From Leptonemataceae bacterium (GTDB lineage Bacteria > Spirochaetota > Leptospiria > Leptospirales > Leptonemataceae), in contig OZ245742.1 in NCBI GenBank assembly GCA_965227295.1, forward strand, positions 704,001-768,000: DNA of 64,000 nucleotides. The letters run 5' to 3'. Positions 49,801-59,945 of the stretch are shown piece after piece. The position numbers and the translations under genes were made by a program. Position 1 is the stretch's first letter. Each line of letters starts with the position of its first letter. The notes below the pieces were generated by a model, which searched no databases, was not told the origin of the DNA, and saw only the letters and a list, made by a program, of their open reading frames with translations.

Positions 49801-52800
49801 TGCTCGGGCGTACGCTGGGCAGCGCGCCGATCCTGATTGACGCTTCGATTACCGGCGACGCCCGGTCCGCGGCCCTGCAAACGATCAGCGCGGAGAAGTT
49901 AGCGTTTGATGCGGCGGGGACGTCGGCGTTGGGCGCCATCGAAACCGGGGACGACGGCTTCGCGGCGCTCGCGGAGGCCTTCGGCCAGCACGCGGAGCGG
50001 GTGCAGGTGTATCGCTCGGCCCTCGGCGGGCGGAGCCAGGCGAATCTGGCGGCGGGATCGTTCGTGAACGAGCTGCACGAGACCCTGCGCGGCTCGCTCG
50101 CGAGTCAACGTTCGCAACTGGCCTTTTTATTAGAAGAAAGTGCCGATGAGGCGTTGCTCGATTCGATGCAGGGCGAACTGGAGCGCGGGCAGCGCCTGGA
50201 AGCGGCGGAGATCAATGTGCGCGCGCTGGAGCTGACGGAGGGTTATCTCGCGAGCGGGCGGAGTGTTAACATCTTGCTGATTGAAGTTACGGAGGCTGTG
50301 AACGCCCTTTTGAATGCGTATGACGTCACGGACGGGGCGCAGCGGCGGGAACTCGCGGCTCTACAGGCCGTGGGTCAGTATCTGTCGCAGAACGCCCAGG
50401 GCCTGGCGCTGCTCGATGACGCGGACCGCGCGGAGGTTGTGAGCGGCCTTGCCGATGAGCGCGCCTTTGCCGAAGACCTGCGCGACTGGTTCGCCGCGGA
50501 CGGCTTAATGTCCGATGCGGAGCAGTTAGCGATTCGCACGGGCGGCTCGCCGGTGGAGCGACGGTTGCTCTCGGCGTTTTTTAATCCGGCGGGGCAGATG
50601 GTCTTCGGTCAGGTGGCCTTCGGCGCCGCGCAGGCCGAGGCGATCGTGTTGCAACAGCACGCCGACTTCGCGGCGCAGGTGAACGCGGGCCTCGTGCAGA
50701 GCGCCATGACGGATAGGTATCATGAGGACCAGGAAAACAAGATCACCGGTTTGATCGCCGAGATGAAAGCGGCGGTGCCGGCACTGAATTCGCTCACCGC
50801 TTCGCAATTGTACAACGACAGCGCGCCGGTTTCCCGGGACGGCCTCGCCCACGATACCGACGAAGAGAACGCCCGCAAGGCCGTGCTCGCTTCGCTCCTG
50901 AGTGGCGCGGGCGCGTCGACCGAAGATCGGCTGAATGCGCTCACGGACATGGCTCAGCTCGTGCCGATCTTCGGCGCGGAGGCGGCCGTCTCCGTGTTCG
51001 CGGAGTTGCAGGCGATGCAGGACGCACACTCCGGCGCGGCTGAAGAACTGGCCCGGGCGTCCCGGGCGCTCGTGAACCAGGGCGCGGCCTTTGACGCGGA
51101 AGTGGACGCCCTCTTAGGTGCGTACGGCAAGAAGTCTGCGTACGTAAGTCAGCGGGACGCGTTGCAGGCGGTGCTGGATCTTGCGGATGTGGAAGATGCG
51201 AGCTCGCCGGCCGTTGTGGGCGTGCCCCAGGCGGACGTGGACGCGCATGTGGCTTCGCTCGGCGGCGGGGATGATCCGGCGGTGGATTTTCCGGCAGACT
51301 GGACGCCGGTGGACGACGCCGACGGCGACGCGCCGGGTGACGCGGCCTGGGATCCGACGTACACGCACGAAGACGGCTTTGTGACTCCGTTCGCGGGCCT
51401 TGACTTTGCGAGCGTGACGAACGCACGCAACGACCTCGACGCGGCGCTCGCGGACTGGGACGCGAACGAGGCCACGCTGAGTGCGGCGGTTGCTAACTTT
51501 CGCGCGGCGAAAGCTACGTTCGATGCGGCGGTGCTTGCGAATCCGGCGGGCACGCCGGGCTACGACGCGGCGCTCACGGACTTCGCCGTGGCGGTGAACG
51601 ATATGTACTTTGCGTATCGCGCGCACAACGAGTTTTTCGTGGCGCTGGAGTTCCTGGCGCGGGACGCGGGGGACCAGGCGCGCGGTGTCACGGCGGCGGC
51701 GAAGTCGCTCGCGGGCTTAGATCCGAATCAACAGTTGTTAACGGCGGCGGAGCTGGCGGCGACGCCGACGGAGTTCCAGGACGAGGTGGCGGCGAGCCCG
51801 GCGGCGTACCTCGTGCTCGCGGGCACCGAAGACGCGCACGTGCTGGCGCTGGGCGCGGCGGATTACGCGGCGTTTCAAAGTGCGAACGAAACGCAGTTAG
51901 CAACGGCGGTGCGTGCGAGTGACGAGGGCAGCTTCGCGGGGGCCGCGGCCGGCGTGGGTTTCGCGCGGGAGCGTTATTCGCAGGCGGTCACGGACATGAG
52001 CGCGGCGACGGCCGAGGCGGATGCTTTGATTGCGGCGCTACCGGACCGGGTGGACGTGCGCCTCGATCCGGGCAGCACGGATGAGGTGAGTGCCGCGACC
52101 TTAGTTTCGGTTGTGGATCAGTTACGAATTTTCTTCGCGGAGAAACAGGCGGCCGGGCAAGACGTGAACCCGGCGATTCTGGACGCGCTGGAAGCGGCGG
52201 GCGGCGCCCTCGATGAACTGGAAGCGCTGCGTGATTTTCGCGATCGCGGGGCGAGTGTGAGTGTCGAAGATGCGAAGGCCGAACGCACGGCGGCCGAAGA
52301 AGCCCGCGATGATACGGCCGGGGTCGGCGCGTTGATCGTGGAGTTGCAGCAGTTCATTTCACAGAGCGAAGCGAGCGGCGCGGGCCTGCACGAACAGGGC
52401 GATCGCATTAAGGAGTTGCTTGCGAAGTACGAAGCGGCGCAGGCGGACTTTGCGGCGGTGTACGCGTTCAGTGCGGAGCTGGACGATGCGATGTCGCTGC
52501 TGCGTGATCATGCGTGGGCGCAGCACAAACGCGAGTTGACGCAGGCGTTTCTGGTGCGGCGGGGGGACCTGTCGGTCGATGCGTTTCTTTCTAATATAGA
52601 GCAGGGTCGTTTCGTGAACGTGCCGGGGGCGAACGGCGAATCGATCAGCGTGGATTCGAAGTTTCTCGGCACCGCGCTGGATGCGACGCAGTTAAGTGAA
52701 CTTGAGGCGTTGTTACGGGAGTATGCCGCGCGGGCGCGCGTGGATGATGCCGGCATTGTGGCGGACATCGACGCCCTGCTCGCCCAGGAAGACGCGGCCG

Positions 52801-55800
52801 TGCGGGCCGCCGTGGAACCGGATGCACTAACGTATTCTTACAATAACTTTAACGCGCTGAACACGGCCGGTGTGGGCGACTTTACGGCTCTGCCGGCCGC
52901 ACTCAAAGACTACGGCCTCGTGAGCGCGTATGAAAGCTACACGCAACGCCTGGGGTTGGCCCTGAATGATGCGGATGACCGCGCGACGGGCCTCAGCCGG
53001 TTTCTGGATACGCTGAGTCAGGCGAACCGCGCGGCGGCGGAGCCGGTGTTGCAGGAGTATTTAACGAACTACGACGCGCGCAATCCTTCGTACTATTTGC
53101 CGGCGGATTTGAAAGATCGTTTTGCGCGGGAACGTTATTTCACAAAGCGCTACTCGGATGAACTTACTCCCGGGGATGCCGTGGCGCTGGGTGACTGGCT
53201 CGCGCAGGAGAAATTCGACGCGGGCGTGAGCGGGGCCGTGGAGAGCGCTGTGCGGACGGCCTACGTCCTCGACAACTTCTACGGCGAGGATGCGAACGAG
53301 TACTTAACCGCCATTGATGCGGACTTAAGCGTGCTCACCGGCAGCGGTGTGAGCGCGGAGGAGCGCCAGGCGTTCGTGCTGGGCCTCAGCGGCATGCTCA
53401 GCGCGGCGGGGGATCCGTTCATTGAACCGGACGCGATGCTCGCGGGCACCGTGATCTACGATAACTTTTTGTTCGAAGACAACACGCAGGCCTTGAAAGA
53501 CGCGCTGGATGCGGAGCTTGCGAACTACGCGGGGGTCCAGCGGACAGCGGACGCGGCGGCGACGCGGGCGGGTTTGTTTTTTGATTATAAGTCGGGTGCG
53601 AAGTCCATAAGATCGTACAAATCGTACTTAAACATTGCGCCGACGGGTTTGAGCGAGCCGGATGAGGCGACGCAGATTGCGGGCATGCTCGCGGAACTGG
53701 AGCATCAGGCGGAACATCGTCTGGGGGCGTTCGTGTCGCTCGTGGAGCAGTACTCGAGCTTCGCGTACAACGCGGACCCGGCGTATGCGAACAACCTGAA
53801 CATTCGCGATACCATCGGCGAGATCAACGCGGACTTCGCGCTGCAGGACGGACAGTACGCGCGGGCCGGGGACGGCAGCTACGTGTTCGAGTCCGGCTTA
53901 AATAACACTCAGGTGCGGTTAGACGAATTCGTGAACGCGAACACGGCGGCGTTCACCGCGGCGGATCGTGACGCCTACGCCCAGGTGCAGAAGCAGCAGG
54001 GCGCCATGGATCAGTTGCAGGAGACGATCATCACCGCGGGCCAGGAGGCCGTGCAGGTGAGCTGGATTACGGGTACGTTCGGCTCGGATACGAACGCGTA
54101 TCTGGGGGCGCTGGATCATGCACGCCAGGTGTTCGCGAATCGCGAGGCGGACTTCGACGCGGCGGAAATTGACTACAAAACGGCCGAATCGGCACTGCGC
54201 ACGAAACGCGAGGAGTATCGCGCGCAGCAGGACACGGTGCTCGCGAATTACAACGCACTAAGGGTCGCCGAGGTGGAGTTAGATCGGCTGAGCAGTTTGT
54301 ATGATCAGGCGACGATTGAGGAATACTCGCAGCAGACGGACGCGAACGGCGATACGGAAACGCTGGGGGATCCGGTGGCGGACGCGCAGGTGCGTTTTGA
54401 CGCGGCGCAAGGTGCGTACGAAGCACAGTTAGCGAAGATCGCGGGGCTCGAAGAGAAGCTGGCCCGCCAGGTGACGAAGGCGGAACTCGCCGCGGCGGCG
54501 GAGGTGCAGTTGAATCGGGACGAGACCGAGAAGTGGGCGATGCACGCCATGCGCTTCTCGCGCGCGGAAGAACGCCTGGAGGATAAGATCAATCAGCTGC
54601 ACGCGGACATTGAAGACATTAAGTCGAACATGGAACAGAACTTCGGCGCGCACTTTGATATTTCGATGACGCGCTTCGACGGTTACCGCCAGGAGGTGGC
54701 CGGTTATCTGGACTACGGCAGCAGTGATTATGTGCGCAGTGAGAATCTGCATCGCGATCGCTTTCGGTTGTTGAACGGGCTTGTGACGGGACAGATCGGT
54801 TTTTGGGATCTCGCGTACAGTCAGGCCGGCGGTTATGTGCAGCGGCCGATTTATGAAACGTATACGGACGCGGAGGGCGAAGAGCGCCGGCGGGTGATCG
54901 GTTACACGGACAACGCCGCGTGGAGTACGGGCATTGCAACGAAGAGCGGCGGCGAGTATGATCTGTTCGGTTTCGTGCACGGTTACAACCAGGGTCGCGC
55001 CGGACAAAATGAAACTCTGCGTGAGTTAGCGCAGGATCAGTTCTTATGGTCGTGGGAAGGCGATCTGTGGGCCGGCGCGCGGACGGCGCTGGACACGTCG
55101 AACTTCGACGCGGGCGTGTGGAATAATTATACGACGGGCGTGCTGACGATGGCGGCGATTTTTCTGTACGCCGGGGCGGCGGGGTTGCCGTTCTTGTTTC
55201 AGTTGTACGGGAAGGATCAGGCGTTCATGCAACAGGCGGGTCTCGCCTACGGACGTTTCGCAACGCTCACGGACAGCGCGAATGAGTTAAAGCAGAAGTA
55301 CGCCGAGTTGCACCGGTTGACGGACATAGACACGGTGGATCAACTGCGTGACGTCTTAGATGACGATGAGTTCGGGTTAACGGCCGAAGACCTGGCGCTG
55401 ATCGACGGATCGGGCGGGCTGGGGAACCTGGTGTGGAAGGGCGGCAAAGAGGACCTGGGCTTTAACGAGCTGGTGGGCAGCAACGGCCTGACGATCGCGC
55501 AGCAGAAGGCGATTCATGATGAATACGGTTTCTTCGTGCGCGACGGCACGTTTTCCGCGGGCGCGATAACTGCTACACCGACAGAGACGGATAAGTTCGG
55601 CCGGCGGACGACGCTAATGATCAGCGGGGATGAGTTTACGGATGCGATGGCCGCGATGGCGCAGACGCAGTACGAGATCGAGCGCCAGGAATATTTTCGT
55701 GCGGCCGAGACGATGACGAAGGATCGTGTGCAGGCGGATGATAAAGTTATCTTAGACGAACGGGAAGAATTCTACGCGAATTTACTCACGCAGGCGCAGG

Positions 55801-58800
55801 GTGTCGGTGTGGAGTACGAGATGTATCGTGTGCTCGCGGAGGATTACCACGGTGAAGGCGGGATTGTGGAGCAGGTTGCGGAGATTGAATTTCAGCAACG
55901 GATCGCATCTCAACAAAACGAGTGGGATTTACGCGAGGAGCAATTCGCGAAGAAGCGCCAGGAATGGGAGCAGAACATTGCGCGGTTAACTTCGGTGGGT
56001 GAAGAGCGCTGGAGTGATATGACGACGGAGGTTGCGACGGCCTGGAATAAATGGCGGAAAGATTTTGATCAACAGGCGCGGGATGCGGAGGATCTGTATC
56101 TGGAACGCATCGGTGATGCGGTGCAGGATCAGCAGGAATGGCAGGATGAGTTTACGTCGCTCGCTACGCAAGGGACAGATGAGCAGACGTTACGCGAGTT
56201 GTATGACGAGATTAATGCGATGGTGGCGGGATTGAAAACCGGCCTGCCGGACGATGTGAGCATCGATCTTAACGCCAACGAGATCCTGAACCAGGTACTG
56301 GCGAATCAACCGGACACGTTGAGTGAAGATACGATTTTGCGCGGGCAGTACGCGAATACGCAACTGTTTGTGAATGAGTTGCGGGAGTACAGTTTTGATA
56401 ATTCGATTCAAGACCGCTACGATGAGCTGACCGAGCGTTACGAAGAACAAACGCAGCGGCTCGTGCGTTTGCAGATGCTGGATAGTCTCTATGGCTTGAT
56501 AGACATGTATGATGAGACGATCGCGAAGGCGAACCTCGCGTTGCATAAGGAGCTGGATCTGAGTTTCTCGCGCAGTGAGTGGATGCGCATGGGGCCGGTG
56601 TACGCGAAGTTTATTAAGACACCGGCGGCGGTGATTACGGGTGGCAGCGCGATTCCGGTATACGCGCCCACATATGAAGACTATCAGTATATAAAGCCGG
56701 ACCTGACGATTGAAGCGATCGTAAACGACGCGAACGGACGCGAGTGGAACTTAACTGAAACAGAAAAGATCTTAGCGGACGACGGACCTTCCGGCGCCGA
56801 ACTCGAAGCAATGGTGCGCCTGGTGCGCAACAAATTGCAGAAGGACTTCGAAGAGCACTACGATCCGGACGAAGAAGTGGATTACGAGGCGTCTACCGGA
56901 TTGATCGCGCTGGATCTTGAAAGTGCCTTTGCCGCGAGTGCATCGGCGTTGCAGAATCCTCTGACGTGTTCGGAATCCGAGAGCATGGACGAATGTGCCC
57001 GCAGCATTCTGACTTCAGGCTATACCGTGGGTCTCGTGGAAGGCGGGACGTTCGGTTGGAATCACTTCGAGACATTTTACCGGGCCCTCGCGACGAAGAA
57101 GTTCTTTGATCAAATGGAGGCCGAGGGTCAGGCGGCACGCAACAGCGTGGGAGCACGGATGGGCCGGGACCTGGGCAATAATATTACGGCACCCCAGCGG
57201 GCGATCGCACGGAACGCCAGTTGGGCCCTGGATACCTTTGATCGGAACATCGACGCGCTGGCCTCAACGTTGCAACTGGGTTCATTCGGCACATTCGGTC
57301 TCACCCTGGGAACGAATGATCTGAAGAGCGGCCTGGCAAGGTACAGCGGCGCGATGCGGGATAGCGTGAACGCGTATGATAAGTTTCACCGTGGCATTCG
57401 CGTGGGCATGCAGAAAGGCTGGACCCGGAATGATACTTACATCGATGCGGCGATAACCGTGGCACTGACGGCGTTGTCGTTTATTCCGGTGCTGACGCCG
57501 TTTACGCTGACGGCCCTCGCGGCTTACAAGTCCCTTCGTGGAAGTTACCAGGGCGGCACACGGGGAGCGCTGGTGTCCGCAGGCGGAAGCGCGGCGTCTG
57601 TTCTGGCCGGCATGGCCACCGGCGGCACGGTGAGCATTAACGCGGGTTATAGTTTTCAAGGCGGTTACAATGGCGGCATTAGCCTGGGGCAAGGCGGTGC
57701 AAGTGTCGGCGTGAACTACAGCGAACAGGGCGGCTACGGCATGAGCGTGGGCTCGAATGGTGTTTCGCTGCGATACGGTGAGCAGGGTTCGTGGGGTGTG
57801 AGTGCGGGCGGCTTAAGTTATGATTACTCGCGATCAGGCGGTCACAGTTACGGTGTGGATGTGGCTCACTTTGAAGGCGAGAGTGGATCCGTGACCGGCA
57901 CGTTAACGTATAACAACAAGACCGGCACGGGCGTGAGTGCGAGCGCACAGTTCGGGACGACGGGAAAATACGGAACCTTCGGTGGGAATTCGTCGGTGGG
58001 CTGGTCTCGCTTCGGTGGCGTGAATAGTAACTTCGGTCTGTCTTACACGGCGCCGAATGTGAGCCTGGATTTTGGGTTGAGCGGTGATGAGCCTGTTGCG
58101 CCGACGAATAGTGATGAGTACCTGCTGAGTAACATTTTCGCGGGCGCCGCGAGTCGTGTGGATGAGTGGACGAAGGGCATTGCGGGTGCCGGTGATGCGG
58201 TGGCGGGGTTTGCCGGGAGTGCGCTTGGTTTTGGACGTGGCGGTTTTTGGGAGAAAGCCGGGAACTGGGCGAGTGGTAGTGGGTATCAGACGAATGCGGC
58301 TATTGCGGCTTCGGCAAAAGCAGCAGCCCTCGGGAAAGCTTACTACGACGCGACGACGACTGTCGATGCTTTGATTGATGTAACGAGCGACAACAAGAAT
58401 GAGGCTGGCGAAAACATTGTATCCACGGGGCGGGGAAAAAACATTCTCCAGCAAGCAGCGGGAGAAAACTACAGCGACGAAATCGCGAGCGAGTTTCTGG
58501 GTGATAAGTGGGATGCACAGGTGACAGCCGATATGATCGGTGCCGCCCTCGTTGCCATGGGCGTGGATGCAAACAACGTCGACTGGAACGGCGTGGCTCA
58601 GGCGATTCACGTTGACCAACAGAATTACGAAAAGCAACTTCACTCTGCGCTGGTCCGTTCGCGAAGCGATGATCGTACGATGGCTTTTCTCGAACGTTCC
58701 GGTGAGAAACTTATTTCGAATGTTACCGTAACTTCCGCCGGTACGATGGTAACGGTGATGAACCGTGAGAGCGGTGAGATGATGGTGTTGCCGGGGGACC

Positions 58801-59945
58801 ACCCGGCAGTGAGTGATATGCGGTCGGTTTCTTACGGCGGCAGCACTGCGGATGCCGTGAATGTGAAGGATACGATTTCACAGGCCGTGTGGAACGAACA
58901 GGATGCTCGTTGGGAGGCCCGCGGTCAGTATGCGGAGTTGTACCAGAAGCTCGTTTCTTCCGATGCGACGGACTATCTGTATTACGAACCAGAATTGCGG
59001 TGGGATCAAAAATTGCACGCGGGACTCGCAGGTGCGCATCAGTTTGCGTTCGATTACGCCGTGGCCCCCGTACTGGGCGGCATGGCGGCTGGTCCTCTTG
59101 GTGCGGTCGGCGCCATTTATGCAAAGAGCCTCGGCGGTTTCAGTGCGTATCGCGAAAGCGGTTTGCGCGACATTATGCTCAACAACAGCCGGTACGCTCC
59201 GCAGCAAAAGATCGCCGCGGGAAACATTGCTGATGCAACGGATGAATACGGAGTGCTCGCAGTGGATGCCGGATCGACACTGGCCGGCGGCATCGGCTTG
59301 TGGCGAACATTTGCGAAGAACGGCTTGAAGGCAAGCGCGGCCGCTGCCTGGAATGCAGTGAAGAGTCCGTTTGCGAAGTGGACGGGGGGAGTCGCGGATG
59401 ATGTGGTGGGGGCACCGGAATACAGTCTAGCATTTTTTGGCGACACAAACCTTAGCTATTATACTCGCCAGAATCCGACACTTGGTCGACCAGGTAGATC
59501 GTTTTTTGTTATGCCGCTTGAAGATGGAGCCCATGTGCGCAATGCTCACGATGCAGCAAGGTATACTGGGATGGCTCCTTCCGCCCAAGCTGCATATGTG
59601 AATCAAGGGCCTATCTACGCGCTAAGCATACCCAAGCAAGGTATCCCACACCGGATTCCAACTGCAGCTGATGCAAATGGATGGAAGCACTTCTTAGATG
59701 GCGGTCATACGGCAGTAAGACTTGAATTAAGACCAAGTCTTACGGAGATTAAGCAAATGCTTCGACATGGATATTCGTGGGCAGACATAAGCCATTTCAT
59801 ACTTAAGCCCGCTCAAGCAAGAGGAGGATATCTACTTAATCCCACAAGGGAATTCGTTATCCCGGGTGGTACACCGGTTCCGCCCGGATCAGTATTGTCT
59901 GAAATACTAGCCGATGGCTCATGGAAGCCTATACTAAGGTTCTAA
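46812..59945 (+). CDS. Giant exported protein (TIGR04388 Leptospira long-protein-like) with C-terminal polymorphic toxin domain
   Basis: Uninterrupted 4377-aa ORF with a long signal peptide ending VFA-Q, Ala/Glu-rich helical body, hydrophobic hairpins, a Gly-rich beta-repeat block and a low-GC tip. Confidence 0.8.
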   Translation: MNFRFAFPRSFLSVRRRYRRFARKSRLHRRSLSSFMALLFLVQFVLAPTGVFAQTFDRLDEDVNKNRIGDYANAVEGADDEDDWNEFVGSGADLLRAEWEYRADLLLEQEVTAGAAREDLEAEKALAREAWEAELDDEIDQRRGRWRARTAAQSLDSLLDDIDYDELVAAVNDANALMFTDADDAATRVAAWDAIAGNRAALAKAAWESQLDAEMAALQSQGAGLSAEEQAAFLSELERVRTQVESVYKVEESAVVTSSRRKFVTEANTGDDLARSLAQSTDPAEIARLLVRKTELEMERLGVLPGDVRFDGVDAQLILTGAGDYQDQVSQALEAGQSAWKSAIDELIARKIGFDEQVAASRQAGENQWATAYATILDARESWLTDVEAQIQRGLQAWDAAESELAENRQLAEQELARLIENDRRDFQEHTRGIGQLVSGASSTLATIVENQRWFSTKIADLHADITRLDGESQSYAGGIHPIGTPGWVDQYNWHRANFTDAEINDRFNRINTYTAELAYWNSLEGEYRQIIADAEGVVHSQDMRDGGNGPGYFHDAGTGGDALLLTATEFELKLARARLAVLEEERDRAQAVLDYAVATTKDGAADIQSQLAAAKSSYEAAESAYLTELAALNGGGSQSLARVGLDDESTRESGDAVVGATLLDDVNALASDLEAKARTLERSRTALDNARDAYEQTLKLQVLIQNPSMLSDIGLLATDSSAINEDGENEGLRYEIFRAETDLTEAREKLRQQEQAYLRLMYERETALRSTGFFNQTNERIILHEQTKDKLAQLSAVLGGAGSLSDKLTALSSGSLLADIYGNAAADQFRDRIADIAAAVSDAEAPVATETNALNGGLAEFGTAHGAVTFGGGERDALSNFAGEVNRIVDALDGIAGVDWGGGLDDLRTLGSALTDSVALLASRGGDYDAAYATFAAELSDYESYAAANAGAEASAAYQARTARLLSAADEFRLAAARFEQEFRIAQSMQQQAEILLGRTLGSAPILIDASITGDARSAALQTISAEKLAFDAAGTSALGAIETGDDGFAALAEAFGQHAERVQVYRSALGGRSQANLAAGSFVNELHETLRGSLASQRSQLAFLLEESADEALLDSMQGELERGQRLEAAEINVRALELTEGYLASGRSVNILLIEVTEAVNALLNAYDVTDGAQRRELAALQAVGQYLSQNAQGLALLDDADRAEVVSGLADERAFAEDLRDWFAADGLMSDAEQLAIRTGGSPVERRLLSAFFNPAGQMVFGQVAFGAAQAEAIVLQQHADFAAQVNAGLVQSAMTDRYHEDQENKITGLIAEMKAAVPALNSLTASQLYNDSAPVSRDGLAHDTDEENARKAVLASLLSGAGASTEDRLNALTDMAQLVPIFGAEAAVSVFAELQAMQDAHSGAAEELARASRALVNQGAAFDAEVDALLGAYGKKSAYVSQRDALQAVLDLADVEDASSPAVVGVPQADVDAHVASLGGGDDPAVDFPADWTPVDDADGDAPGDAAWDPTYTHEDGFVTPFAGLDFASVTNARNDLDAALADWDANEATLSAAVANFRAAKATFDAAVLANPAGTPGYDAALTDFAVAVNDMYFAYRAHNEFFVALEFLARDAGDQARGVTAAAKSLAGLDPNQQLLTAAELAATPTEFQDEVAASPAAYLVLAGTEDAHVLALGAADYAAFQSANETQLATAVRASDEGSFAGAAAGVGFARERYSQAVTDMSAATAEADALIAALPDRVDVRLDPGSTDEVSAATLVSVVDQLRIFFAEKQAAGQDVNPAILDALEAAGGALDELEALRDFRDRGASVSVEDAKAERTAAEEARDDTAGVGALIVELQQFISQSEASGAGLHEQGDRIKELLAKYEAAQADFAAVYAFSAELDDAMSLLRDHAWAQHKRELTQAFLVRRGDLSVDAFLSNIEQGRFVNVPGANGESISVDSKFLGTALDATQLSELEALLREYAARARVDDAGIVADIDALLAQEDAAVRAAVEPDALTYSYNNFNALNTAGVGDFTALPAALKDYGLVSAYESYTQRLGLALNDADDRATGLSRFLDTLSQANRAAAEPVLQEYLTNYDARNPSYYLPADLKDRFARERYFTKRYSDELTPGDAVALGDWLAQEKFDAGVSGAVESAVRTAYVLDNFYGEDANEYLTAIDADLSVLTGSGVSAEERQAFVLGLSGMLSAAGDPFIEPDAMLAGTVIYDNFLFEDNTQALKDALDAELANYAGVQRTADAAATRAGLFFDYKSGAKSIRSYKSYLNIAPTGLSEPDEATQIAGMLAELEHQAEHRLGAFVSLVEQYSSFAYNADPAYANNLNIRDTIGEINADFALQDGQYARAGDGSYVFESGLNNTQVRLDEFVNANTAAFTAADRDAYAQVQKQQGAMDQLQETIITAGQEAVQVSWITGTFGSDTNAYLGALDHARQVFANREADFDAAEIDYKTAESALRTKREEYRAQQDTVLANYNALRVAEVELDRLSSLYDQATIEEYSQQTDANGDTETLGDPVADAQVRFDAAQGAYEAQLAKIAGLEEKLARQVTKAELAAAAEVQLNRDETEKWAMHAMRFSRAEERLEDKINQLHADIEDIKSNMEQNFGAHFDISMTRFDGYRQEVAGYLDYGSSDYVRSENLHRDRFRLLNGLVTGQIGFWDLAYSQAGGYVQRPIYETYTDAEGEERRRVIGYTDNAAWSTGIATKSGGEYDLFGFVHGYNQGRAGQNETLRELAQDQFLWSWEGDLWAGARTALDTSNFDAGVWNNYTTGVLTMAAIFLYAGAAGLPFLFQLYGKDQAFMQQAGLAYGRFATLTDSANELKQKYAELHRLTDIDTVDQLRDVLDDDEFGLTAEDLALIDGSGGLGNLVWKGGKEDLGFNELVGSNGLTIAQQKAIHDEYGFFVRDGTFSAGAITATPTETDKFGRRTTLMISGDEFTDAMAAMAQTQYEIERQEYFRAAETMTKDRVQADDKVILDEREEFYANLLTQAQGVGVEYEMYRVLAEDYHGEGGIVEQVAEIEFQQRIASQQNEWDLREEQFAKKRQEWEQNIARLTSVGEERWSDMTTEVATAWNKWRKDFDQQARDAEDLYLERIGDAVQDQQEWQDEFTSLATQGTDEQTLRELYDEINAMVAGLKTGLPDDVSIDLNANEILNQVLANQPDTLSEDTILRGQYANTQLFVNELREYSFDNSIQDRYDELTERYEEQTQRLVRLQMLDSLYGLIDMYDETIAKANLALHKELDLSFSRSEWMRMGPVYAKFIKTPAAVITGGSAIPVYAPTYEDYQYIKPDLTIEAIVNDANGREWNLTETEKILADDGPSGAELEAMVRLVRNKLQKDFEEHYDPDEEVDYEASTGLIALDLESAFAASASALQNPLTCSESESMDECARSILTSGYTVGLVEGGTFGWNHFETFYRALATKKFFDQMEAEGQAARNSVGARMGRDLGNNITAPQRAIARNASWALDTFDRNIDALASTLQLGSFGTFGLTLGTNDLKSGLARYSGAMRDSVNAYDKFHRGIRVGMQKGWTRNDTYIDAAITVALTALSFIPVLTPFTLTALAAYKSLRGSYQGGTRGALVSAGGSAASVLAGMATGGTVSINAGYSFQGGYNGGISLGQGGASVGVNYSEQGGYGMSVGSNGVSLRYGEQGSWGVSAGGLSYDYSRSGGHSYGVDVAHFEGESGSVTGTLTYNNKTGTGVSASAQFGTTGKYGTFGGNSSVGWSRFGGVNSNFGLSYTAPNVSLDFGLSGDEPVAPTNSDEYLLSNIFAGAASRVDEWTKGIAGAGDAVAGFAGSALGFGRGGFWEKAGNWASGSGYQTNAAIAASAKAAALGKAYYDATTTVDALIDVTSDNKNEAGENIVSTGRGKNILQQAAGENYSDEIASEFLGDKWDAQVTADMIGAALVAMGVDANNVDWNGVAQAIHVDQQNYEKQLHSALVRSRSDDRTMAFLERSGEKLISNVTVTSAGTMVTVMNRESGEMMVLPGDHPAVSDMRSVSYGGSTADAVNVKDTISQAVWNEQDARWEARGQYAELYQKLVSSDATDYLYYEPELRWDQKLHAGLAGAHQFAFDYAVAPVLGGMAAGPLGAVGAIYAKSLGGFSAYRESGLRDIMLNNSRYAPQQKIAAGNIADATDEYGVLAVDAGSTLAGGIGLWRTFAKNGLKASAAAAWNAVKSPFAKWTGGVADDVVGAPEYSLAFFGDTNLSYYTRQNPTLGRPGRSFFVMPLEDGAHVRNAHDAARYTGMAPSAQAAYVNQGPIYALSIPKQGIPHRIPTAADANGWKHFLDGGHTAVRLELRPSLTEIKQMLRHGYSWADISHFILKPAQARGGYLLNPTREFVIPGGTPVPPGSVLSEILADGSWKPILRF

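Noticed and set aside
46812-59945. Giant gene as a prophage tape-measure protein
   Set aside because: It has a Sec-type signal peptide, and no capsid, tail, terminase or integrase genes are in the window.
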